A stretch of 64,000 nt of DNA from Anaerolineae bacterium (lineage in GTDB: Bacteria; Chloroflexota; Anaerolineae; DRVO01): contig JAXGMM010000001.1 of the NCBI GenBank assembly GCA_040768685.1, positions 1,093,526-1,157,525 of the forward strand, in the 5' to 3' direction. Position numbers and translations under genes: made by a program. Numbering within the stretch: the first letter of the stretch is position 1; the number at the start of each line of letters is the position of its first letter. The notes beneath the pieces were generated by a model, which was not told where the DNA came from, did not search any database, and saw only the letters and a list, made by a program, of their open reading frames with translations. Positions 46,884 to 55,640 of the stretch are shown here, in pieces.

Positions 46884-47334
46884 AAGCGACGTCAAGGACC
46901 TCGATGGTGTCCCCGGTGCGGATCTCGCCGCCGTCGATGACCTTGACGAAGATTCCTTCGCGCGGCATGACGCAGTCGCCCGCTTGGCGGTAGATGGCAC
47001 AGTGATCGTGGCACTCCTTGCCGATCTGCGTCACCTCGACCAACGTCGAGCCGATCTTGATGCGCGTGCCCACCGGCAGAGTGTGCAGCACCAGGCCGCT
47101 GGTAGTGAGGTTCTCGGCGAAGCTGCCAGGTCGCACCTTCAGCCCCTGGGCTTGCATCTTGGCAATGCTCTCCATGGCAAGCAGGCTCACCTGCCGGTGC
47201 CAGTTTCCGGCGTGGGCGTCTCCCTCGAGTCCCCAGCCCACGCGCAGGAGACCAACTCCGCGGTCCTTCTTGGGTACGCCCTTCCGCTCGCTTGTGCACA
47301 CCGCCTCTAGGCGGCCGATGCGGCTCTCAGTCAC
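46876..47334 (-). CDS. MOSC-domain protein
   Basis: The GTG at 47334 follows AGGAGG. MOSC beta-barrel pattern (GLEGDAHAG..HRQVSLL...GDTIEV). Last gene of the Moco operon. Confidence 0.75.
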   Translation of the reverse strand: MTESRIGRLEAVCTSERKGVPKKDRGVGLLRVGWGLEGDAHAGNWHRQVSLLAMESIAKMQAQGLKVRPGSFAENLTTSGLVLHTLPVGTRIKIGSTLVEVTQIGKECHDHCAIYRQAGDCVMPREGIFVKVIDGGEIRTGDTIEVLDVASA

Positions 47335-47351
47335 TAACCTGCCTCCTGCCT

Positions 47352-47840
47352 TCACTGCTCCAGCACGACTTCGCCGCTTCGTCCACCGCTCTTGCACCGC
47401 AGGCGGACGTTGCTGATGGTGATGCCGCGCTCGACCGCCTTGCACATGTCGTACACGGTGAGAGCGGCCACGGAAACGGCCGTCAGCGCTTCCATCTCCA
47501 CCCCGGTAGGGCCGTTGCAGCGAACGCGGGCCTCGATCAGCACGGCGCTGCGCTCTTGGTCGAAGGCCAGGTCGACATCCACCGCGGAGATGGCCAGGGG
47601 ATGGCAAAGGGGGATCAGGTCGGCCGTACGCTTGGCGGCCACAATGCCGGCGATGCGCGCAACTGCCAGAACGTCGCCCTTGGGCACACCGCCCGATTGG
47701 ATCAAGGCGAGGGTGGCGGGCGACATCAAGACCTCACCGGCGGCTATTGCCTCGCGGACGGTGTCGGGCTTGCCGCTCACGTCCACCATGTGCGCTTGCC
47801 CGCGGCCGTCGAGATGGGTTAGCTCCAACTCATCCTCCAA
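47352..47840 (-). CDS. moaC: Cyclic pyranopterin monophosphate synthase. The start is uncertain (TTG at 47840 or 47828).
   Basis: LTHLD..G.AHMVDVS.K, LIPLCHP, and [23 protein letters not shown]. Confidence 0.85.
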   Translation of the reverse strand: MEDELELTHLDGRGQAHMVDVSGKPDTVREAIAAGEVLMSPATLALIQSGGVPKGDVLAVARIAGIVAAKRTADLIPLCHPLAISAVDVDLAFDQERSAVLIEARVRCNGPTGVEMEALTAVSVAALTVYDMCKAVERGITISNVRLRCKSGGRSGEVVLEQ

Positions 47841-48822
47841 TGCCCGACATGCCGCGAGCGACCGTGGGCTCGCACTCTTCCAGGTGGTGACCGGATGGCT
47901 TGAGGGCAACCGACTGGAGGATCAGCGACCGCAAGGCGTCGTCACCGGCGCCCTGTCGGAGCGCAGCCCGCGCATCGACCTCGCCACCGCGGAGAAGGCA
48001 GGAGATCAGCCGGCCATCGGCAGTGAGTCGGAGCCGGTTGCACTCCGCGCAGAAGTGCTCGGTGACCGGAGTGATGAAGCCGATGGCGCCCGCTGCGCCG
48101 GCCGGTCGCCATTCGCGGGACGGCGAACCTGGCTGCACTGGGAGGGCGGTCAGAGGTCCCAGCTCGGCCTCGATGGCCGACTTCATCTCGGCGGCGGGGA
48201 CGAAGCCGTCCTCGGACCAATGCCGGCCTTCTCCCAGAGGCATGACCTCGATGTAGCGCATGTGCCACCCGCGAGAGAGGGTGAGGCGAGCGAAGTCAGC
48301 GACCTCGTCATCGTTCAGGCCGCGGATGACGACCATGTTGAGCTTGACCGGGCTCAGCCCAGCGGCTTCGGCCGCGTCCAGGCCCTGCAGCACCTCGGCC
48401 AGGTGGTCGCGGCGGGCCAGGCGCGCGAAGCGATCAGCCTTCAGCGTGTCTAGGCTGACGTTGACGCGCATCAGGCCGGCCTGAGCCAGGGCGTGGGCGT
48501 GCCGTGACAGGAGCACGCCGTTCGTGGTCATGGCCAGGTCCTGGATGCCCGGCACCCGAGCCAGCAAGTGGACCAGGTCGGTCACCCCGGGCCGGACTAG
48601 GGGCTCGCCGCCGGTGATCCGCACCTTGTTGATTCCCAGACCGGCGGCGATGCGCACCAATCGCTCGATCTCTTCATAGCGGAGGATCTGCCCGTGCGCC
48701 TGGAGGGGGACGCCTTCCTCGGGCATGCAGTAGAGGCAACGCAGGTTGCATCGGTCGGTGATGGAGACGCGCAGATAGTTGATGCGCCGCCCGAAGGCGT
48801 CGATGAGGGCGCTCCCGGTCAT
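47830..48822 (-). CDS. moaA: GTP 3',8-cyclase (radical SAM)
   Basis: [18 protein letters not shown], a C-terminal second cluster [13 protein letters not shown], and a GG tail. Confidence 0.9.
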   Translation of the reverse strand: MTGSALIDAFGRRINYLRVSITDRCNLRCLYCMPEEGVPLQAHGQILRYEEIERLVRIAAGLGINKVRITGGEPLVRPGVTDLVHLLARVPGIQDLAMTTNGVLLSRHAHALAQAGLMRVNVSLDTLKADRFARLARRDHLAEVLQGLDAAEAAGLSPVKLNMVVIRGLNDDEVADFARLTLSRGWHMRYIEVMPLGEGRHWSEDGFVPAAEMKSAIEAELGPLTALPVQPGSPSREWRPAGAAGAIGFITPVTEHFCAECNRLRLTADGRLISCLLRGGEVDARAALRQGAGDDALRSLILQSVALKPSGHHLEECEPTVARGMSGIGG

Positions 48823-50045
48823 CTGGGCTCGACCTCCGGCTGGGTAGTCAGTATTGCTGTCACCTCGTCGCCGGCGTAGGCATCATCGGGGCCGGGCTGG
48901 ATACGGAGGAGGGAGTTGGCTCCGATGAGGGAGGCCAGCCGGCTTGAAGCCTGGGCCCCGGTCGGAGTGGCCCACAGCACGCCTTCCACGTTCCTCACCG
49001 TGGCCCGGACGAACTCCAGCCGCTCGCGGTCGCGCCGTACGTCGTGGGTGAGACGCGCCGGCACCTCGGGCCGCCAGAGCGTCGCGTGGCCGCTCAGCAG
49101 CCGCAGCGCCGGTCGCACCAAGTTCTCAAAGCACACGAGTGAGGAGACCGGGAACCCGGGGAGGCCGAAAACCGGCGTGCCTTGCACGGTGGCGAACGTC
49201 ATGGGCTTGCCGGGCTTCTGCGCCACTCGGCCGAAGTGAACCGTTCCCAATTCGGCCAGGAGTGGCTTGACCAGGTCCCTGGTCCCCATGGATACTCCGC
49301 CGCTAGTGACGAGCATGTCGGCGCGGCCGGCGCCGGCGAGGATGGCCGCGCGCAGGTCAGCCTCGTCATCTCCTACCACGCCCATCGGCAGGACAGCTCC
49401 GCCCACCTCCGAAACAGCGGCGGCCAGTGCCAGGCTGTTGCTGTCGCGTATCTGGCCTGGACCAGGAGCGGCTTCCGGCGGAACCAACTCCTCGCCGGTA
49501 GTCAGGATGGCCACCACCGGGCGACGGTGAACGGTTACGCTGACTCTGCCCAGCGAAGCAAGGAGACCGATCTCAGGCGGACCCAACCGCGCCCCGGCCG
49601 CGATTACCGTCTGACCGGCCGCAATGTCGGTCCCCGGCTGCCGGACGTTCTCACCGGTGCGCACCGACCGGTGGAGGCGGACGACGCCCTCGGCCTCGTC
49701 GGTGTCCTCGAACTGGATGACAGCGTCGGCGCCCGGAGGCAAGGGGGCTCCGGTCATGATGCGCACGGCTGCGCCCGGCGTCACCGCGGGGGCATCCATC
49801 GACCCGGCGTCTTGTTGAGCCACGATCCTTCGGCGCGGTTCCGCGTCAGCCGCCACCACGGCGTAGCCGTCCATGGTGGCGGAGGCGAAGGGAGGCAGGT
49901 CCTCCTCGGAGACGACGTCGGTCCCAAGAACCAGCCCGGCAGACTTGGACAGGGGGCGGGGGGCCGGGGGGAGCGGGCCGAGCACGGCCGCGATCCGGCG
50001 CCAGGCCTCCTCCACCGTGATCAAGGGGTAGTCGGACGACCTCAA
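48819..50045 (-). CDS. moeA: Molybdopterin molybdenumtransferase, copy 1
   Basis: MoeA N, MoCF and C domains (SGGVSMG, PGKP, GLPGFPVS). Confidence 0.85.
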   Translation of the reverse strand: MRSSDYPLITVEEAWRRIAAVLGPLPPAPRPLSKSAGLVLGTDVVSEEDLPPFASATMDGYAVVAADAEPRRRIVAQQDAGSMDAPAVTPGAAVRIMTGAPLPPGADAVIQFEDTDEAEGVVRLHRSVRTGENVRQPGTDIAAGQTVIAAGARLGPPEIGLLASLGRVSVTVHRRPVVAILTTGEELVPPEAAPGPGQIRDSNSLALAAAVSEVGGAVLPMGVVGDDEADLRAAILAGAGRADMLVTSGGVSMGTRDLVKPLLAELGTVHFGRVAQKPGKPMTFATVQGTPVFGLPGFPVSSLVCFENLVRPALRLLSGHATLWRPEVPARLTHDVRRDRERLEFVRATVRNVEGVLWATPTGAQASSRLASLIGANSLLRIQPGPDDAYAGDEVTAILTTQPEVEPR

Positions 50046-50049
50046 AGCA

Positions 50050-51273
50050 TCACTCCAGCAGGAGGACCCGGACTTCGGCGCCGGCTTCGAGCCGGCGAGC
50101 GTCTTCGGGGATGACGGCCAGGCCGTCCGCCTGCACCAGCGAGGTGAGAATCCCGGATCCCTGATCTCCGGTCAGGTCCGCGTAGACGCCGCCGGAGTCG
50201 CGCCGAAGGCGGACGCGAAGGTAGTGGCGCCGCCCGTCCTTCCGCTCGATGGCCGTGGAGAGGCGGGCCGAGATGGATCGGGGCTCCTGCTCGGGTAGGC
50301 CGCGTAGCCGGTGAATGGCCGGGCGAGCGAACAACTCAAAGCCGATCATGGCGGAGACCGGGTTGCCGGGAAGGCCGATGAGGGACACGCCGGCGACGGT
50401 TCCGAAGGCGATGGGCTTGCCCGGCTTCATGTTCACCCACCAGAAGTCCATCTTCCCCTCGGCCGATAGAACCTGCTTCACTAGGTCGAAGTCGCCGACG
50501 GAGACTCCCCCGGAGGTGACGATGAGGTCGGCGCCCGCCTCCAGGCCGGTTCGCAGCGCCGCACTGATGTCGTCCACTCGATCGGCCGCCACTCCTAGGA
50601 GCAGGGGCTCTCCGCCGGACCGAACGACCTGGGCAGCATTGGTGTAGGAGTTGATGTCTCGAATCCGGCCGGCGAGCACGGGGTTGCCCAGCGGCGTCAC
50701 CTCGTCGCCGGTGGCCAGCAGCGCCACGGTCGGTCTCGGGTGCGCCAGCGCGGTGGTGCGGCCGACGGAGGCAAGCATGCCCACTTCCTGAGGCCGGACC
50801 AAGGCGCCTCGCCGCAGCACAACCTGGCCGGCGCGCACATCCTCGCCTCGGCGGCGCACGTTCCTTCCGAACGCGGGAGTGCGATGGATGGTGACCCAGC
50901 CGGCGCCCGACTCCGTGTCCTCGAACCGAACCACGGTGTCGGATCCGGCGGGCATCAGGGCCCCGGTCATGATTCGGGCGGCCTGTCCCGGCCCCAGCGT
51001 CTGATCAGTCGGATGGCCCGCCGGTACGTCCATCGCGACAGGCAGGCGAGTGGGCCCGGCCGCATCGAGGTCGGAGTGCCGGACGGCAAAGCCGTCCATG
51101 GCGGAGTTGTCAGCCGGCGGCGTGTCCCGATCGGCGACGATGTCCTCCGCCAAGACCAGGTCAAGGCACTCCATAATGGGCAGGCGGCTCGGCTCCAAAG
51201 GATGGCACACAGCAAGTATGCGCCGGCGCGCCTCCTCGACGCTCAAGAGCGGGTAGGCGGAGCGGTTAGACAT
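50050..51273 (-). CDS. moeA: Molybdopterin molybdenumtransferase, copy 2
   Basis: The ATG at 51273 overlaps the upstream TAA (ATGTCTAA). The translation shows SGGVSVGDFD, KPGKP and GLPGNPVSA. Confidence 0.85.
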   Translation of the reverse strand: MSNRSAYPLLSVEEARRRILAVCHPLEPSRLPIMECLDLVLAEDIVADRDTPPADNSAMDGFAVRHSDLDAAGPTRLPVAMDVPAGHPTDQTLGPGQAARIMTGALMPAGSDTVVRFEDTESGAGWVTIHRTPAFGRNVRRRGEDVRAGQVVLRRGALVRPQEVGMLASVGRTTALAHPRPTVALLATGDEVTPLGNPVLAGRIRDINSYTNAAQVVRSGGEPLLLGVAADRVDDISAALRTGLEAGADLIVTSGGVSVGDFDLVKQVLSAEGKMDFWWVNMKPGKPIAFGTVAGVSLIGLPGNPVSAMIGFELFARPAIHRLRGLPEQEPRSISARLSTAIERKDGRRHYLRVRLRRDSGGVYADLTGDQGSGILTSLVQADGLAVIPEDARRLEAGAEVRVLLLE

Positions 51274-51769
51274 GGCTGCCCGCGCCGTGGTCGAGGTCCT
51301 CGCCCCGCGCCATCTGCACGGCATGGGCGAGGACGGGCGCGAGGATGCGGACGCCGTCACGCACCGCTCCGGTGCTGCCGGCCAGATTGATGATCAGGCA
51401 GCGACCCCGGAGACCGGCGATGCCGCGCGATAGAACCGCACGAGGGGTGCTTTGGAGGCCCTGTAAGCGGACTATCTCCGCGAGTCCCGGCATTTCGCGA
51501 TCGATGACGGCGCGAGTAGCATCGGGAGTGCAGTCGCGCGGCGCCGGTCCGGTGCCGCCGGTAGTGACGATCAGGTCGAGGCCGCACTCGTCGGCGAGGT
51601 GCGTGAGCGTGGCCGCGATCTGCTCCTTCTCGTCGGGGACCACTCTCCGGAGGGTGACGGCAAGGCCCGCTTCGCTCAGCAAGTCGGCCAATAGCGGCCC
51701 GCTTCGGTCCTCGCGCTCCCCCGCGAAGCATCGGTCACTCACGGTGACGACTGCCGCCCTAATGGTCAC
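51266..51769 (-). CDS. Molybdenum cofactor biosynthesis protein B / MogA-type adenylyltransferase
   Basis: The GTG at 51769 follows GGAGAG. The translation shows AVVTVSDR and TTGGTGPAPRD motifs. Confidence 0.8.
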   Translation of the reverse strand: MTIRAAVVTVSDRCFAGEREDRSGPLLADLLSEAGLAVTLRRVVPDEKEQIAATLTHLADECGLDLIVTTGGTGPAPRDCTPDATRAVIDREMPGLAEIVRLQGLQSTPRAVLSRGIAGLRGRCLIINLAGSTGAVRDGVRILAPVLAHAVQMARGEDLDHGAGSHV

Positions 51770-51834
51770 TGCCACTCTCCAGTCGGACTCAACATAAAAC
51801 CGGTCTTCGAGGGGAACGCCGGCCACAGGGCAGG

Positions 51835-51962
51835 GCGTTCTCCTTTCCAAACGCGGGAGGTGGGAGCGTTTCCGCACCCGCCCTTGGCCGGCCAAGGTGG
51901 GCCGGACCGTGACCGGCTGCCCATGGACGCGCTCCTTTAGAGCGACCGGTTCGGAGAACCAA
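51835..51962 (-). promoter_or_regulatory. Candidate molybdenum-cofactor (Moco) riboswitch aptamer
   Basis: The minus strand reads UUCUCCGAACC...GCUCUAAAGGAGCGCG...CCACCUCCCGCG..UUGGAAAGGAGAA. UUCUCC and GGAGAA can close P1. It lies in the 5' UTR of the mogA-moeA-moeA-moaA-moaC-MOSC operon. Confidence 0.6.
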
Positions 51963-52006
51963 GCTCGGCAGCGGTACATGCCGATCGGCTGCCGAACACC
52001 GGCATG

Positions 52007-52035
52007 AGTATGGCATTGAGGCCCAGGCCGGGCAA
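52007..52035 (-). promoter_or_regulatory. Candidate promoter for the riboswitch/Moco operon
   Basis: Minus strand TTGCCC (52035-52030), a 17-nt spacer, then CATACT (52012-52007). Confidence 0.45.
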
Positions 52036-52135
52036 GGAGGCAAACGGGTGAGGCCAGCGAACCTGCTTGCGTCCAGGCTACGGATTCCCTTAGAGTACCG
52101 ATCAGACTACCGAGGTAGACGCCCAGGAGGAGTGA

Positions 52136-53134
52136 GTGGACTGCCTCAGAAGCGTCGAGAGGCTGCCTGAGATCAGGGTGCTGGCCGACGAGCGTAGGCT
52201 GGCCATACTGCAGCGCCTGATGGCCGCTCCGGCCACCCTCTCCCAGCTTGGCGAAGCGATGGGCAAGCATCCCGCTTGGATCCGTCACCACCTAAAGCGG
52301 CTCGAGGAAGTGGGGCTGATCGAGCTCTCCGGCACCCGCGCGTTGCCCGGCTTCACCGAGAAGTACTACCGCGCGACGGCAAGAGCCTTTACCGTCAGCC
52401 GGGTGGTTACCCCTGGATTGGCGGGCGAGGGACGCCTACTGGTTACCGGCAGCCACGATCTGGCACTGGAGCTCCTGGCGAGGCGGTACCGCGAGCTGGG
52501 ACCGGACCGGAGCATGTGGATTGTGCCGCTCGGCAGCCTGGACGGACTGATCGCGCTTCGACAGGGCGTCGGCCAATGCGCCGGTTGCCACCTGCTGGAC
52601 AGCGAGACCGGAGACTACAACCTGCCGTACGTGGAGCGGCTGTTCCCGGGCGAGAGGATGACGCTTGTCACCCTGACCGAGCGGGAGCAGGGGCTGGTGG
52701 TTGCGCCGGGCAATCCGTTGGCCCTGACGGGAGTGGTGGACCTGGCCTCCCGGGCGGTCCGCTTCGTCAATCGGCAGAAGGGATCGGGCACCAGGCTGTG
52801 GCTGGATCGAGCCATGAAGGCGGCAGGGATGTCTCCGGCGGCCGTGGCCGGCTACGAGGCCGAGGTGCACACGCACAGCGAGGTCGCCCGCGCGGTCGCC
52901 AACGGCGAGGCCCAAGCGGGACTGGGCATCAAGGCCGCCGCTCTCGCCGAGGGGCTCGGGTTCGTGCCGCTCTTCTCGGAACGATTCGAGCTGGTCCTGC
53001 GATCGGATGACTGGGACCTGCCTGAGTGGCAGGAGGCGGCCGGTGTTCTGACGAATCGCGCCTTCCTGGCCGAGGTTGAGGCTCTGGGTGGGTACGACCT
53101 AAGCCGGTGCGGTCAGATCCGAGTAAGCGAGTAA
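52136..53134 (+). CDS. Transcriptional regulator: ArsR-type winged HTH fused to a periplasmic-binding-protein-like oxyanion (molybdate/tungstate) domain
   Basis: The GTG follows AGGAGG. N-terminal RLAILQRLMAAPATLSQLGEAMGKHPAWIRHHLKRLEEVGLI, and a C-terminal PBP-like domain (VNRQKGSGTR...). Confidence 0.75.
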   Translation: MDCLRSVERLPEIRVLADERRLAILQRLMAAPATLSQLGEAMGKHPAWIRHHLKRLEEVGLIELSGTRALPGFTEKYYRATARAFTVSRVVTPGLAGEGRLLVTGSHDLALELLARRYRELGPDRSMWIVPLGSLDGLIALRQGVGQCAGCHLLDSETGDYNLPYVERLFPGERMTLVTLTEREQGLVVAPGNPLALTGVVDLASRAVRFVNRQKGSGTRLWLDRAMKAAGMSPAAVAGYEAEVHTHSEVARAVANGEAQAGLGIKAAALAEGLGFVPLFSERFELVLRSDDWDLPEWQEAAGVLTNRAFLAEVEALGGYDLSRCGQIRVSE

Positions 53135-53192
53135 AAGTGCGCAAGCGGCGGAGGTCGACATCGGAGACCTGATTCAGGGCCTGGTTGAGGCC

Positions 53193-53870
53193 GTGCGTTT
53201 AGTGCTCACACTGGACCCGGCGCTCTTCGAGATCGTCCAGTTGTCCTTGCGAGTCTCGGGGGTGGCACTCCTGTTCGCTACCCTGGTCGGAATCCCGATC
53301 GGTGCCGTGTTGGGCCTGACTCGGTTCGCCGGGAAGCGGCTGGTGGTGGCGCTTCTTTACACCGGCATGGGCTTCCCTCCGGTGGTCGTGGGCCTTTTCG
53401 TTTACCTGCTTATCTCAAGGGCCGGCCCGCTGGGGCAATTGGGGTGGGACGCAGTGCCCGCGCTGTTCACGCCGGGCGCGATGATTCTCGCGCAGAGCGT
53501 GATCTCGTTCCCGCTAGTGTCGGGCTTCACCATGGCAGCCGTGATGGGCGTGGACCCTCAGTTGCGGCTACAGTTGCGGGCGCTCGGCGCCACTCCGGTG
53601 CAAGCGGCTCTCACCATCCTGGCGGAGGCGAAGATCGGCGTGGTGGTCTCGGTGATCGCCGGCTTCGGCAGCATCATCTCGGAGGTCGGTGCGGTAATGC
53701 TTGTGGGCGGCAACATCGAGGGCCGCACGCGGGTGCTCACCACGGCAATAGTGTTGGAGACGCGCAAGGGGGCATACGACCTGGCATTGGCGCTGGGGGT
53801 GATCCTTCTCGCCCTGTCGTTCGGCGCCAACCTGGCCATGCTTCAGCTACAAGGCCGGGCGCTCCGATAG
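53193..53870 (+). CDS. tupB: Tungstate/molybdate ABC transporter permease. The N-terminus probably extends upstream (see findings).
   Basis: Five TM segments and the EAA-loop region LRALGATPVQA. Confidence 0.78.
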   Translation: MRLVLTLDPALFEIVQLSLRVSGVALLFATLVGIPIGAVLGLTRFAGKRLVVALLYTGMGFPPVVVGLFVYLLISRAGPLGQLGWDAVPALFTPGAMILAQSVISFPLVSGFTMAAVMGVDPQLRLQLRALGATPVQAALTILAEAKIGVVVSVIAGFGSIISEVGAVMLVGGNIEGRTRVLTTAIVLETRKGAYDLALALGVILLALSFGANLAMLQLQGRALR

Positions 53871-54601
53871 TGAAGGACCGCGTTTACTCTCTTCAAGGCG
53901 TTGGGCGGTCATACGACGGCGCCGAGGTGTTGTCGATCGATCACCTTGACGTGTTCCGCGGCGAGGTGCTGGCGGTGGTGGGCCCGAGCGGTTCCGGCAA
54001 GACCACGCTTCTCCGGCTGCTCAACTTCCTGGAGCCGCCTTCTTCGGGCGCCATCGAGTGCTCCGGGTACCGGATCGGGCCGCAAGGCCGTGTTCCCCTG
54101 GCGCTGCAGCGGCGGGTGACGACCGTGTTCCAGCACAGCATCCTGCTGGATCGAACGGTCCGGGCGAATGTGGCCTTTGGCCTGAGCCTTCGAGGCCAAC
54201 GCAGGGCGAACGAGCAGGTAAACGCCGCACTGCAGTCGGTGGGCCTGCTGGATCTGGCCGACCGAAGGGCACGGACCCTCTCGGGCGGCGAGGCCCAGCG
54301 TGTGGCTCTGGCGCGGGCACTGGTGCTGGAGCCGGAGGTGCTCCTACTGGACGAACCCACCGCGAACCTGGACCCTGCCAACGTGAGCATGATCGAGGAC
54401 ATAGCCCGGCGGGTGAATGAAGAGCGCGGTACCACGATCGTTCTCGTGACTCACAACGTGTTCCAGGCTCGCCGGCTGGCGCATCGGGTTGCCTTTCTGC
54501 TGGCCGGTGCGCTGGTGGAGGTGGAGGAGGTGGGGCGCTTCTTCAACGAACCACATGATCCCCGGACGCGGGCTTTCGTGTCCGGGGAAATGGTGTACTG
54601 A
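53870..54601 (+). CDS. tupC: Tungstate/molybdate ABC transporter ATP-binding protein
   Basis: The GTG at 53870 overlaps the upstream TAG (TAGTG). The translation shows GPSGSGKTT, LSGGEAQR and LLLDEPT. Confidence 0.85.
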   Translation: MKDRVYSLQGVGRSYDGAEVLSIDHLDVFRGEVLAVVGPSGSGKTTLLRLLNFLEPPSSGAIECSGYRIGPQGRVPLALQRRVTTVFQHSILLDRTVRANVAFGLSLRGQRRANEQVNAALQSVGLLDLADRRARTLSGGEAQRVALARALVLEPEVLLLDEPTANLDPANVSMIEDIARRVNEERGTTIVLVTHNVFQARRLAHRVAFLLAGALVEVEEVGRFFNEPHDPRTRAFVSGEMVY

Positions 54602-54667
54602 TAGGCATTCCGCCCCTTCGGCGGACGGCAGTCGGGGCTCGACCAGGCTACTAGGGAGGTAAGAGAA

Positions 54668-55537
54668 GTGAGAAGACGAGTAGTACTGCTTGCCGTTGTC
54701 CTTGCACTAGTGGTGTCGGGTTGCACCGGCGCCACCGCGACTCCGGCGCCGGCAGCCGAGTCGCCGGCTCGAGACGCCGCCGCGCTCCTGCTCGCCACCA
54801 CCACGAGCACCTTCGACTCCGGCTTACTCGACTACCTGCTGCCGTACTTTGAGGATGAGGCCGGAATCGAGGTTGATGTGGTAGCGGTGGGGACGGGGCA
54901 GGCGCTCAAGTTGGGCGAGGACGGTAACGCCGACGTGCTCCTCGTTCACGACCGGGCCAAAGAAGATGCCTTCATGGAGGCCGGGCACGGGGTGCGGCGC
55001 GAAGACGTCATGTATAACGACTTCATCATAGTCGGTCCGGCCGACGACCCGGCCGGCATCAAGGGGATGACGGACGTGGCCGCGGCGATGGCCAAGGTGG
55101 CGGAGAACGAGGCGACGTTCGTGTCCCGCGGCGACGAGTCGGGCACCCACTCGCGCGAGATGAAGCTGTGGAAGGCAGCCGGGCTGGAGCCGGCAGGCGA
55201 CTGGTACCTCTCGGCGGGTCAGGGGATGGCCGACGTGCTGGCGATGGCGGCGGAGCAGCAGGCCTACACCTTGAGCGACAGAGCGACCTACCTCGCCCTC
55301 AGGCTGGAGGGGCTTGACCTGGAGATCCTGGTCGAGGGCGACAGGATTCTGCTCAACCCCTACGGCGTCATCGCGGTGAACCCGGCCAAGAACGATGCCA
55401 TCCAGGCGGAGTGGGCGACCCAGTTCATCGACTGGCTGGTGTCGGTGCCCACACAGGAGCTCATCTCGCAGTTTGGCGTGGCCGAGTTCGGCGCTCCCCT
55501 GTTCGTGCCTGACTCGGCACAGTGGCGGGCCCGCTAA
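54668..55537 (+). CDS. tupA: Tungstate ABC transporter substrate-binding lipoprotein
   Basis: Lipobox LVVSGC. The translation shows ATTTSTFDSGLLDYLLP, VGTGQAL, NADVLLVHD and MYNDFIIVGP. Confidence 0.8.
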   Translation: MRRRVVLLAVVLALVVSGCTGATATPAPAAESPARDAAALLLATTTSTFDSGLLDYLLPYFEDEAGIEVDVVAVGTGQALKLGEDGNADVLLVHDRAKEDAFMEAGHGVRREDVMYNDFIIVGPADDPAGIKGMTDVAAAMAKVAENEATFVSRGDESGTHSREMKLWKAAGLEPAGDWYLSAGQGMADVLAMAAEQQAYTLSDRATYLALRLEGLDLEILVEGDRILLNPYGVIAVNPAKNDAIQAEWATQFIDWLVSVPTQELISQFGVAEFGAPLFVPDSAQWRAR

Positions 55538-55583
55538 CGCGGCAGTTCGCGTCGCGAGAGGCGCCCGGCGACGCACCAACTAA

Positions 55584-55625
55584 CACGGAAGCCTACGTCC
55601 CACTATGGGGACGTAGGCTTCCGTG
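55584..55625. terminator. 18-bp perfect hairpin between convergent tupA and the nitrilase-family gene
   Basis: CACGGAAGCCTACGTCCC-actatg-GGGACGTAGGCTTCCGTG. Confidence 0.7.
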
Positions 55626-55640
55626 CGTGACACCCCGAGA

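Noticed and set aside
47841-47909. Upstream ATG (47909) as the moaC start
   Set aside because: It would overlap moaA by 80 nt, and the encoded extension ([21 protein letters not shown]..) is unlike MoaC N-termini. The TTG at 47840 or 47828, close to the moaA stop, is more plausible.
50050-51360. Full 436-aa ORF as the second moeA
   Set aside because: The first 29 codons overlap the mogA/moaB 3' end and encode an Arg/Ser-rich segment. The ATG at 51273 gives the standard MoeA N-terminus (..YPLLSVEEARRRI) and a typical ATGnnTAA coupling.
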